Source: Sulfolobus virus STSV1
Length of the DNA stretch: 32,000 nt
Strand: one strand, 5' to 3'
Sequence record: NC_006268.1
Part shown: positions 1 through 9,531 of the stretch, in pieces
Layout: every line of letters begins with the position of its first letter
Numbering within the stretch: position 1 is the first letter of the stretch
The notes under the pieces: generated by a model
What the model saw: only the letters and a program-made list of their open reading frames with translations
Database searches by the model: none
Told to the model about the DNA's origin: nothing
Position numbers and translations under genes: made by a program

Positions 1-387
1 CAAGATGATATAAGAGAAGCTGGAAAAGAGGCAAACCTCTTACCTAGCTTAAAAGTAATGCAGATACACACGTTAAGACTGCTTTTCAACGTGTGTATGG
101 AATTTATGCTAAGGAGAGGGAATATAGTTACATTTGAGTATGATAAAGGATCAGTTCTTCTTTATAGATTAGCAGATCAAAATGCTGTTTTGACGTTCGC
201 CAACTACAGTGAAATAGTATATGCGAATGATCTCGCATTTGACTTCCCATCACAGAAGCTAGTAGAAATAGAGGCACATTTGAGGGCAAGGGAAATGGTT
301 CCACTCGTTAACACAGTAATGAAATTGCTACATTGGGTATTTGATTTTACTTATGACTATTTGAATGGAAAGAAACATATTTTATAA
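1..387 (+). CDS. Hypothetical protein, 5'-truncated by the window edge (the frame is open from base 1)
   Basis: Frame 1 reads QDDIREAGKEANLLPSLKVMQIHTLRLLFN... without a stop before the listed ATG at 58, so the listed start is probably internal. Stop at 385-387. Confidence 0.75.
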   Translation, partial: QDDIREAGKEANLLPSLKVMQIHTLRLLFNVCMEFMLRRGNIVTFEYDKGSVLLYRLADQNAVLTFANYSEIVYANDLAFDFPSQKLVEIEAHLRAREMVPLVNTVMKLLHWVFDFTYDYLNGKKHIL

Positions 388-414
388 GGTTCTTCATTAG
401 AGAGGGTATCAAAA

Positions 415-933
415 ATGATTTTCAGTGATAGAGATTTAAAATATTACTTGGAAAAGGGATGGATAAAGATTGAGCCGTTAAGAGAAGACACTATTAGGGA
501 AAATGGGGTAGATTTAAGGATTGGTAACGAGATTGTTAGATTCAAGAAAAATAGGATTTTTGATCCTGACAAAGATTCCATAGATGATTTTATAGAGAAA
601 GAGGTGGGGAATGAGTTTATAATAAATCCCCATGAGCATGTATTATTAGTTACAGAAGAATATGTAAAATTGCCTAATGATGTAATGGCATTCGTAAATC
701 TTAGATCAACATTTGCTAGATTAGGTCTTTTCATTCCTCCAACTATCGTAGATGCAGGATTTGAAGGACAATTAACTATAGAGTTAGTAGGATCAGAATT
801 CCCAATAAAACTAAAATATGGAATGAGATTTATCCACCTAATCTTCGCAAAAACACTAACACCAGTTGAAAAGCCATATAATGGAAAATATCAGAAACAA
901 AGAGGAGTGACGCCGGCTAAGCTTTTAAGTTGA
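415..933 (+). CDS. dCTP deaminase / dUTPase-family protein
   Basis: 172 aa. Contains [32 protein letters not shown] and a C-terminal [12 protein letters not shown], matching the Dcd/Dut family core (R-S-T/S-xx-R-x-G and D-x-G-F/W-x-G). Confidence 0.85.
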   Translation: MIFSDRDLKYYLEKGWIKIEPLREDTIRENGVDLRIGNEIVRFKKNRIFDPDKDSIDDFIEKEVGNEFIINPHEHVLLVTEEYVKLPNDVMAFVNLRSTFARLGLFIPPTIVDAGFEGQLTIELVGSEFPIKLKYGMRFIHLIFAKTLTPVEKPYNGKYQKQRGVTPAKLLS

Positions 934-942
934 CGTTTTTCT

Positions 943-983
943 ACCAATTTACAGAATTGTCATGACAATTCTGTAATTTTGGT
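943..983. promoter_or_regulatory. Palindromic element copy 1 (perfect 28-bp palindrome with outer ACCAA/TTGGT arms)
   Basis: ttACAGAATTGTCATGACAATTCTGTaa at 949-976 is a perfect palindrome. ACCAA at 943-947 pairs with TTGGT at 979-983. Three diverged copies lie elsewhere in the window. Confidence 0.8.
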
Positions 984-1025
984 GAATTCTAACCTTTTGT
1001 CCATATTTAGATAAATCAAGGTTAT

Positions 1026-1038
1026 GGAGTCTTTTTAA
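1026..1038 (+). promoter_or_regulatory. Putative archaeal promoter GGAGTCTTTTTAA
   Basis: TTTTTAA TATA-like box about 28 bp upstream of the ATG at 1065. The GAGTC prefix recurs at other promoters in the window. Confidence 0.55.
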
Positions 1039-1064
1039 CTTATACCTTATGAATAATATTTAGT

Positions 1065-4000
1065 ATGAGTGTTACTCAGCCAACTACACAACAGTTAAAT
1101 GCTTATGCTCAATACACATCTCTCCAGCAACAATTATCTAACTTATTAAATCAACTTCAGCAAATCCCTAACCCTCCAACCCCTCCACAAGTACCAACTG
1201 TAAACACCCCAGTTGCACTAGCTAACTATTACGCTGGCTTAGCAGAATATTATCAAAACTTACAATCCTATTCTCAAGAGTATGGAAAGACAATAACACA
1301 AAACCTACAAACCTTACAACAAGCAATGCAAATAGTCAACCAAATGGAAGGATTATTGAACACGTTAGGGATGACAGATTCTAACTTACAACAAGTTGCA
1401 AACCAAATAAGCCAAAACATAAACTACTACCAGCAATTACAGAATATTACTCAAACAAACTATTCGACATATATTACCTTTTTCAATAACCTAGCAAATG
1501 CATATAGCCAAATAAGCCAGTATCAGCAATTACCACCTCTTCCACAGGCGCCTAGAGGCTCCGTTTCGCTAACTGAGGCATCCCAATACTATTCAAACTT
1601 AGCAAATTGGTTAACACAAAACTCATCTATTGTTCAACAAAACATAAGCGCTTTACAAGGGGCAATACAGGCATTACAAGCAGCTTTAAACAATGTACCC
1701 CCAGGCTATAATGCTTCTCAGTTACAACAACAATTACAACAATGGCAACAAGCTTTAGCACAATTACAAAATTTAGAAAATCTAAACCCACAACAATTAC
1801 AAAATACAGCAACTGCTTATTCATTATGGGCCCAAGGGATTTCAGCACTTAACCAAGGCGATTATCAAGATGCTGTAAATGATTTTAACCAAGCATTACA
1901 AGCTGTTGGTTTAAGTCCACCATCATCACCTACACAAAAAGCTCCTTCTTCACAATGGGCTGCACTATTCTACCTTGATGGATTAGCAAATGCATTATTG
2001 AACGCACAAAACATACAAAATCAATACCAGCCACAGTTAAATCAGTTAGCTCAACAAATTTCATCACAACAAGGCGGAAATATTTCACCACAGCTTCTAC
2101 AAACTATTTCACAATTCTACTCAACTTTGTCTCAAGAATTAGCACAAGTAAGACCATATTTCGAACAGGCCTCACAATATGGGGCAAACGTAGGTGTTCA
2201 GATTAATGTGGAGGGATATAATAGAGCATCAAAACTTGCGGCAGATTTAGCAAAACTAGCAAGCGACATGGCAAATGCGTTACAGCAACTAAACAATGCT
2301 AGCACGCAGAACTCTAGTCCAGCTAATCAAGCCGTACAAATACTTATGAGCGATCGAGGCCTAGTTAATGAAATAAATTCCCTTGCTTCATCATTACCTT
2401 CATCCTTTAGTAGTTTAGCGATTGATGCACAATCCCTAGTTAATGGTTACAATGAACTTACTAAGTCTTCTGTAAACGCTTATACGTTTTATAGTGGTGT
2501 TAAACAAATACAACAATATTTGAATCAACAAGATTACAAAGATGCTTATAACGCTGCAGAAAATCTAGCGAAATCGCTTGGTATATCAGTCTCAGTTGGC
2601 AGTCTGACACAACAGTCTTACCAGCCACCCTCTAATGATCCAGAAGTTGAAACTGTGTATTACTTACTTTTACTATCGAAGTGGGGTTTAACATATCAAA
2701 GCATTACAAATCAATATCAACGACAGATTAACTCCCTCGCATCTAGCATTAGCTCCTCAAGCTCTATGGAACAGACTTTCAGCACTTACGCGAAAATCTT
2801 CAACCTAATGTCTCAGATGTATAGCAATCTCCAGCAAATCACCCCTGCTGCTAACGCTGCATTTTCATATTTTGGCGAACCAACCTTCCCGCCAAACTAC
2901 TTTGCTACAGCTGCAGAATTGATGAAGAAGGCCTCAAACATTGCCTCACGTATTGCAAACGATCTAGCAAATGGTAATTATGATGATATAGAGAAGATTC
3001 AACTTAACTTTAGTGAATTATCACAACTACAAAGCATGAACAATAGCTTAACACAAGACATGACTTCTAGCATAAAGCAAAACATAGCTAATTTTGCTAT
3101 CGCTGTTGCAAACTTACAATATAATATCGCATTTACAAATGCAATAAACAAAGCAGTACAACAGACAAATAACCAGCAAAATCAGACTGCTGTTAATCAA
3201 AACAATATAGCTGCTAATCGTTTCTTTAGAGGTAGATTCGGTAATGTATATGAAACTTCTAGCAATTCATCGGCACAATCATATGAACAGTTATCGCAAG
3301 CATATGCGCAAGCAGCGCAACAAATTGAAACAATTGCGCAAAAACAAGCCTCTGGAAACGTAGAGATACCTGGAGTAGGTACAGTAAATGTTCGTGTCTC
3401 AAATGATCTAATCAATTCTGCAGACAAAACCGCACAGAAGATGAAACTATTAAGCCAGGCTTATAATGCATTAGCACAAGCTTCACAGAACTCTAGCGAT
3501 CCGCAAACTGCGTTAAGATATTATCAAACAGCTTATAATGATTTTACACAGGCTGGAGTTAGTCAAGATAAATTAAGCAATTTGCAAAGTATAATTACAT
3601 TTTATCAATACTTGGCAAGTAACCAGGGAACATTACAAAGCATACAAAGCCAGTTACAAGCAATAGGCAATCTAACACCCCAAGTTAATGGTAATTCTAT
3701 ACAATTAGGCTCAGCCACACTTGTTGCATCAGCCGCTTCAATGCCCTTGTCGCAAATGAGAAGTACAGTAGAGCAAGCAACTGGTTTAGATCAGTTGAAA
3801 CAACAAATTAATAGTTATTATGATAATTTCCCACCTCTACCACAAGATCTACAACAACAAGTTGACAAGATGCACAAAATCGCAAACACGACAGTTGATT
3901 TATATACAAATATTTTAGTAGCTAGGGCCTATTCGAGCATAACACAATTACCTAACGTTTCAACAGACCAACAGATACAAGCATTACAAAATGCAAAACA

Positions 4001-7000
4001 AGCACTAGAAAATGCAAAACAAGATGCGCAAACATTACAAAGCTTAGGAATAAATGTTAATCCATCACAAATCCAGAAGTCTGTAGATAATATCAACCAA
4101 AGCATAAATGAAATACAAACAGTTCATGATTACTCTCAGCAATTACAAAACATATTGAAACAAATACAAGATCAATTGCAAACGCCTCAAACTGCGGAAT
4201 CGCTAACATCAAACCTAATGAATCTATCGAGTCAAGGCTTACAAATAATTAATAATATAATAGCTACATATCAAAGATATGGGCAAAGTCCAGATCAAAG
4301 CATTTTAGCATTAAGAGATAGACTACAGAAGATTTATAATAATGCGTACAATGAATACAAAACATTAACTGGACCGCTAAGTATTCAATCAATTGTTGAA
4401 AACATAGTCGCCAATCTTTCGAGCCTTGTTGGTACAGCAATAAATGATGGTTTGAATGACATAAGCAACTTTATAACTCATGCAATTCCAGGTTTGGCTG
4501 GCCAAATAATTGCTGGAATTGTAATAGGCGCCCTATTCTCACTGTTACAACTAATTCCTGGCGTTAACGTAGCAGTTGATACAGCGATTGGAATTACCAT
4601 AATGGCTGCTACAATGGGTGCGGCAGTACAACAATACTATCTATCTGGAATCTCGAATTGGAAAACAATAGCGTTTGATATAGCGAAATCATTCGCAACA
4701 CCAGAAGGAATAGCTGCGTTGCTTTCCGGTGTAGGTTTTTCAATTGGATTACCACGAGTTGTTGACAACATAGGTGGTTTATTCAAATCAACCGATAATG
4801 TAAAAGTGTCTGGAGTAGTAAAAAGCTTGGATAATGCGAAAATTGACTTAGACAATATACGAGCAAAGATAGGAGACCTATTAAACAGACTAAATCTCGA
4901 TAAGAACAAAATTAATGTCTCAGATGTTGCAAAAAGTCTAGGAGATTTAAATGAACTACTTAGGATAAAGGGAGTATTAGAAGGTATTAAAGATGACCTT
5001 GACAAACTAAAAGAGCAACTGAATGGAATTGTAAAAATAAATGCAAAAGTAAAAGTTGGACCAGAAGGTCCAGAAGTTTATACAACAAAACTCGAACTAG
5101 TTGGTGAAAAAATTGCTAGCTTAACTGCAGAAATAGAAAGAATACAACAAGCTATTGATGCTGCAATTGAAAAGCTAAAACCAGCAATCAGAATAACTAA
5201 AGGAGGAACAGTAGAAGTAGAAGGTGGTAGCAATTTTGCAGCAACTATAGCTAAGATAAGTAATGAAGGAAAAGTAGAAGTATATAGAGAATTACCAAAT
5301 AATATCTTCCAAAAACTTGAAGTTCCTCCTGAAAACAAAATAGGTTTGCCAACATCTAAAACAGTAGAGATAAGTAATGGAGAGTTACATGGTACTACAC
5401 TTTCACCAGACCTATTAAATCTAGAACGAGCTAATCTAATTAATGAAAAAGTAGTTTACGAATTTTCGCAAATCCCAGAAGAGATTAGTAGATTAGAGGC
5501 GCAATTCAAAGATAATGAAACAACCATAATACCTATAAGTAAAGAGTTCGCAGATTATTTACAGGCAAAATTTGATGCTTTGAGATCACAAATTGAGCAA
5601 ATCACATCAACAATGTATGAAATCTATCAAAACGCACCAGATTTCAGGACAGCACAGAAAGAAATAGATCGGCTGGGTTTAACAGACCAATTAAAGTCCG
5701 CTGAAGATCAGCTAAGAGAATTGAATAAGAAATTAATTTCACTAAGACAGATAGGTGATTTATTAAATGCCATCAAGGAGAAAACAACGATAGATATCGA
5801 ACCACTGTTGAAAGACTATATTGATGGTAAGATAAGTAATACATCTACCCTTGTAAAAGCGTTAGGTGAAAAACTTTATGATTATTATAAATCACAAATT
5901 GATTCTGTAGAAAATAATATTTTAAGCACTTTACAGAAGAAGGGTGCAACACCAGAGCAAATTGCAGAGATTAAGAATATAATTGATGAGCGGGCATCAG
6001 GCCGACTTGCGGGCTTTAGGAACTTCAGTAATCCACTAGATGTAGCAGACGTGATTGAACTAACTAATGATTATATTGATGATTTACACGAAATTGAAGG
6101 ACTTGTAAATAATGCATCTAATGCGAATGATATAATTGACATAATAAAGAACCGCCTTAGTGGAGGTTCTAACAAACAAATTGGAGTACAACTTAAACAA
6201 ATAAATACTAAAACAGAGAATCAACCAATAGGCGCGCCAAATCAGAATATTGGCCAGCCAAATACTCCTAGTGCTTCTGCCTCTGGTGGCGCTAAGATTA
6301 CGACTAGTGGCAACCAGCAGTTAATTCAGCTACAGAAAGCTGATGTAGGAACCATAACACTGAGGTATAGCCTTTCTGACATTATCAATACCGCTAGACA
6401 AATACTTGGAAAAGATTTTGATAGGGAATTGTACGTATTTTCGCAGTTGTTTGGAAAAGATTCTATAGAACAGGCAATTTTAGATGCTGCGAAGAAGTCT
6501 CCAACACCAGAGCTAGACTCAATAGCGAGAACATTGGGCGACGTTATAAAGAGTAAAGTTGATGAAGCCTTGAAGAATTCCCCAGATAAAGTAGTTTCGA
6601 CTATTGAAAGTATGCTAAAAATCAATAATGATTTAGTAAGAAGTAAGCTCACAACGGACTTACTTGACTTTATAAAGAACAATCCAAAAGCAACATTTAG
6701 GGACTTATTGACATTTACAGAAAAAGATCTACCAAAAATTGTTAATGATGTTAAGGACACATTGATAACTACAGTTTTAGATCAATTGAGTAAAGGACTT
6801 GGTGATTTAACTAACTTAATTGGGAAAGATTCACTGAAGACATTCCTTGAAAACGAGATAAAGAATGGTGTATTCGATGTAAACAAGTTGTTAAATGATG
6901 CTAAAGCATTTGTAGATTCCAGACTTGCAGAATTATTGAAGGCCAATCCGGAGAAAATACTTTCAACGATATTAGATTCTGCAAAGATTGGGAATAAGCT

Positions 7001-7991
7001 GGTTAGAGACAAACTGCTAGCAGATGCACTAGAGTTCGTAAAACATTTTGGCGGTAACGTGACATTGCAAGATATTGCAGAATTTATAGCAAAGGATGCT
7101 GCTGATCTAAAAATACAACTTGCAAGAGCGTTAAATAGCGGTAACTTAGAAGAACTAGCAAAGATATTCCCTGCTTTGAAAAACGTCATTGAGGAATTAA
7201 AGAAGAATCCACTAAAAGGTTTGAGAGAGTACTTCAGTTTGATAGATCCAACACTTGCTAATGCCTTGAACAAGATAACACCAGATAATGCATTAGATAT
7301 TCTTAATGCATTAAAGAACAATGATTTAGCTAAAATATCACAAATAACTGGCTTATCGGTAGATCAACTGAAAAGCCCACAAGTTAAACTATCAATAATC
7401 AGTGAGGTATTCGACGATTTAATGGAAAAGCTAAAGGCGAAACAAATAACTGACAAGGAATTTGAAAGTGCGGTAGAAAGTTTGAAAGTGATGTTAGATG
7501 AATCACTAAAAGATTACAAAAATTTGCTAGGTGATTACGGTGATAATCTACGAGAACAATTACAAGAAGTTGAGAATAATGTAAAAAGAAAAAGAATACC
7601 TAAAGTAGTTGAACTTTATAAAACAGTGATTCCATCTGTTGCTGCATTACCAGTAGTTCTTTCAATTGAAAGTGCCAGTGATGTCAGTTATCTATTAAAT
7701 TACGCAGAACAACTACCCTCTGAAGAACAAGCACCACTGGTTAGTGAACAAATGCCACAACAACAAGTACAAGTACAAGAAGGTGCAACAGTTTTACCAA
7801 CGCCAGTTGAGCCAGAAACACCTACCCTCGCAGAACCTTTAGCTCCACCACCAACTGCACCTAATGGGGAAGAGCAACCTACCTATCAACCACAAATGGG
7901 ACCAAACGCACCAGCATTAATATCAGGCAGAAATACTAGATCTATTAGTGGTGAGACACAAGAACAAGTACTATACTTCCCCATTTCATGA
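1065..7991 (+). CDS. Giant Gln-rich coiled-coil / helical-repeat protein with internal hydrophobic segment, likely virion-associated
   Basis: 2308-aa uninterrupted ORF. N-terminal half is rich in Q/N/Y/S with TPR-like stretches (LNQGDYQDAVNDFNQAL, DPQTALRYYQTAYNDF). Hydrophobic segment LAGQIIAGIVIGALFSLLQLIPGVNVAVDTAIGITIMAATMGAAVQQYY. C-terminal half is charged coiled coil with a P/Q/E-rich tail. Confidence 0.9.
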   Translation: MSVTQPTTQQLNAYAQYTSLQQQLSNLLNQLQQIPNPPTPPQVPTVNTPVALANYYAGLAEYYQNLQSYSQEYGKTITQNLQTLQQAMQIVNQMEGLLNTLGMTDSNLQQVANQISQNINYYQQLQNITQTNYSTYITFFNNLANAYSQISQYQQLPPLPQAPRGSVSLTEASQYYSNLANWLTQNSSIVQQNISALQGAIQALQAALNNVPPGYNASQLQQQLQQWQQALAQLQNLENLNPQQLQNTATAYSLWAQGISALNQGDYQDAVNDFNQALQAVGLSPPSSPTQKAPSSQWAALFYLDGLANALLNAQNIQNQYQPQLNQLAQQISSQQGGNISPQLLQTISQFYSTLSQELAQVRPYFEQASQYGANVGVQINVEGYNRASKLAADLAKLASDMANALQQLNNASTQNSSPANQAVQILMSDRGLVNEINSLASSLPSSFSSLAIDAQSLVNGYNELTKSSVNAYTFYSGVKQIQQYLNQQDYKDAYNAAENLAKSLGISVSVGSLTQQSYQPPSNDPEVETVYYLLLLSKWGLTYQSITNQYQRQINSLASSISSSSSMEQTFSTYAKIFNLMSQMYSNLQQITPAANAAFSYFGEPTFPPNYFATAAELMKKASNIASRIANDLANGNYDDIEKIQLNFSELSQLQSMNNSLTQDMTSSIKQNIANFAIAVANLQYNIAFTNAINKAVQQTNNQQNQTAVNQNNIAANRFFRGRFGNVYETSSNSSAQSYEQLSQAYAQAAQQIETIAQKQASGNVEIPGVGTVNVRVSNDLINSADKTAQKMKLLSQAYNALAQASQNSSDPQTALRYYQTAYNDFTQAGVSQDKLSNLQSIITFYQYLASNQGTLQSIQSQLQAIGNLTPQVNGNSIQLGSATLVASAASMPLSQMRSTVEQATGLDQLKQQINSYYDNFPPLPQDLQQQVDKMHKIANTTVDLYTNILVARAYSSITQLPNVSTDQQIQALQNAKQALENAKQDAQTLQSLGINVNPSQIQKSVDNINQSINEIQTVHDYSQQLQNILKQIQDQLQTPQTAESLTSNLMNLSSQGLQIINNIIATYQRYGQSPDQSILALRDRLQKIYNNAYNEYKTLTGPLSIQSIVENIVANLSSLVGTAINDGLNDISNFITHAIPGLAGQIIAGIVIGALFSLLQLIPGVNVAVDTAIGITIMAATMGAAVQQYYLSGISNWKTIAFDIAKSFATPEGIAALLSGVGFSIGLPRVVDNIGGLFKSTDNVKVSGVVKSLDNAKIDLDNIRAKIGDLLNRLNLDKNKINVSDVAKSLGDLNELLRIKGVLEGIKDDLDKLKEQLNGIVKINAKVKVGPEGPEVYTTKLELVGEKIASLTAEIERIQQAIDAAIEKLKPAIRITKGGTVEVEGGSNFAATIAKISNEGKVEVYRELPNNIFQKLEVPPENKIGLPTSKTVEISNGELHGTTLSPDLLNLERANLINEKVVYEFSQIPEEISRLEAQFKDNETTIIPISKEFADYLQAKFDALRSQIEQITSTMYEIYQNAPDFRTAQKEIDRLGLTDQLKSAEDQLRELNKKLISLRQIGDLLNAIKEKTTIDIEPLLKDYIDGKISNTSTLVKALGEKLYDYYKSQIDSVENNILSTLQKKGATPEQIAEIKNIIDERASGRLAGFRNFSNPLDVADVIELTNDYIDDLHEIEGLVNNASNANDIIDIIKNRLSGGSNKQIGVQLKQINTKTENQPIGAPNQNIGQPNTPSASASGGAKITTSGNQQLIQLQKADVGTITLRYSLSDIINTARQILGKDFDRELYVFSQLFGKDSIEQAILDAAKKSPTPELDSIARTLGDVIKSKVDEALKNSPDKVVSTIESMLKINNDLVRSKLTTDLLDFIKNNPKATFRDLLTFTEKDLPKIVNDVKDTLITTVLDQLSKGLGDLTNLIGKDSLKTFLENEIKNGVFDVNKLLNDAKAFVDSRLAELLKANPEKILSTILDSAKIGNKLVRDKLLADALEFVKHFGGNVTLQDIAEFIAKDAADLKIQLARALNSGNLEELAKIFPALKNVIEELKKNPLKGLREYFSLIDPTLANALNKITPDNALDILNALKNNDLAKISQITGLSVDQLKSPQVKLSIISEVFDDLMEKLKAKQITDKEFESAVESLKVMLDESLKDYKNLLGDYGDNLREQLQEVENNVKRKRIPKVVELYKTVIPSVAALPVVLSIESASDVSYLLNYAEQLPSEEQAPLVSEQMPQQQVQVQEGATVLPTPVEPETPTLAEPLAPPPTAPNGEEQPTYQPQMGPNAPALISGRNTRSISGETQEQVLYFPIS

Positions 7992-8975
7992 AGATACAAA
8001 AATTTTTTCTAATTCATTTATTAATTCTTTTTGAACTTCTTCCCTAACTCTCTTTCTTCTTTCCAACTCAGCCCTTATTTCATCTTCTACTTTCTTTAGC
8101 AAACCAGTCTTCACGTAGTAGTCATACACTATCATCCATTTTTCCCTCGCCTTATTACGTAGTTCGAATAAATACGCAATAATATCCCTCATGCTAATCT
8201 GAGGGGGTTGCCTATCTATCTCATCCTTATAGGCTTCTATAGTCTTCTCAAGTCTATCAGAAAAGATCCACATCATATAATAATAGTACTTACGAATAGA
8301 AGATTCATCTTTAAACGCTTTTTCATCAATCTTATCACCAATAATTGGCACATGGTCTCCTGCTAAGAGTTCTTCAAGCTCGGGCTGATCCAGAAAATGA
8401 AGACTTAACTCGTTAAGTAGCTTACTCATTCCAGCGCGACCACATAAGCCGTTTTCAGTAACTTCATTCAAATAATTATTAATTTTCTCCCTAAGATTGT
8501 CAATTGCTGGCATTATTTCATCTACTGCTTTCTCTAAACGCTCTGCCTTTTCTTTCTCACCTTCCTCTTTAAGAGCTCCAAGATGTATATAAAAGACAAA
8601 ATCCTTCACAGACAGATTATAAGGAAGGTTTATAAGATCAATTTGATTAGGTAGATCTTCATAAAAATATGACCAGAGTTTAAAACAATAGTTTGACGCC
8701 CCCTCAAGTGCTTTCTTTATTTCTTCAAGTACCACATGAGGATCGTCATTTTTGTGAGCTTCAAGGTACTCCTTTACGCTTTTATATCCTTGTGGAATGT
8801 ATAAATGCTTGCTAAACTCTTTTTCATCCTTTATTTGAATGTTTAGTCTTTCTTCAACCTTTTCTATTTCTCTTGTTATCCACTCATCGTTCAAGCTTTT
8901 ATAATACTCGATTATCTTTTTCGCTTCTGTTATGATCTCATTTATCCTTTCAAAATACTCTGAATAACTTTTCAT
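7986..8975 (-). CDS. Hypothetical soluble, charged, mostly helical protein
   Basis: 329-aa ORF. Stop overlaps the end of the convergent 2308-aa ORF. Upstream rc sequence contains a TATA-like AAAATATATTTTTT. Confidence 0.85.
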   Translation of the reverse strand: MKSYSEYFERINEIITEAKKIIEYYKSLNDEWITREIEKVEERLNIQIKDEKEFSKHLYIPQGYKSVKEYLEAHKNDDPHVVLEEIKKALEGASNYCFKLWSYFYEDLPNQIDLINLPYNLSVKDFVFYIHLGALKEEGEKEKAERLEKAVDEIMPAIDNLREKINNYLNEVTENGLCGRAGMSKLLNELSLHFLDQPELEELLAGDHVPIIGDKIDEKAFKDESSIRKYYYYMMWIFSDRLEKTIEAYKDEIDRQPPQISMRDIIAYLFELRNKAREKWMIVYDYYVKTGLLKKVEDEIRAELERRKRVREEVQKELINELEKIFVSS

Positions 8976-9019
8976 CTAAAAATATAGAGAGAGAAAGGTA
9001 AAAAATATATTTTTATCTT

Positions 9020-9520
9020 TTATACGCCTTGCGGGAGATAACCTAATGCCATTAACATGTATAGAATTTCTGCTACTGAAAATACGCCTATTAAGAAGTA
9101 ATCAAATGCCATAATAACTGGTGCTACGATTAAACCTTGAACAACTAATGGAACCCAATCTGCAAAGAGGAAAAGCGCGTTAGTATAGACATACGTAATA
9201 TATGCTACTATAAACACAGTTTGTGCGTAGGTTTGTGTTGAGGAGGATAGGTTTGAAAGTAATGATATTCCAGACATTGTACCTAGAAGTGCTGCACCAT
9301 TTACTACAGCGCCAAAAAATGGATTATGTACTAACCCAGTTAGGAATGTGATAAGACTTAGTCCAGAAATGTAAGATAGTAACTGAGATGCTTGTCCGGA
9401 AAAGTAGTTTGGAATCGCTGCCGTAATTGCATCAACTAGGAGGTTTGCAACAAAAGCCCCCATTAATATTCCATATGCTGCGTTAAATGTTGTTTGTAAG
9501 AAATTTGTTAGGAATCCCAT
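9020..9520 (-). CDS. Multi-pass membrane protein
   Basis: 166 aa with several hydrophobic spans. Only 11 bp downstream of the 757-aa gene, so probably co-transcribed. Confidence 0.8.
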   Translation of the reverse strand: MGFLTNFLQTTFNAAYGILMGAFVANLLVDAITAAIPNYFSGQASQLLSYISGLSLITFLTGLVHNPFFGAVVNGAALLGTMSGISLLSNLSSSTQTYAQTVFIVAYITYVYTNALFLFADWVPLVVQGLIVAPVIMAFDYFLIGVFSVAEILYMLMALGYLPQGV

Positions 9521-9531
9521 CTTCTATCACC

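Noticed and set aside
1627-7321. Antisense ORFs within the 2308-aa gene (73, 76, 122, 86, 144 and 179 aa)
   Set aside because: They lie opposite a long coherent coding ORF, have compositional signatures of reverse-read Lys/Leu/Gln codons (F/S/L-rich), and lack recognisable domains.
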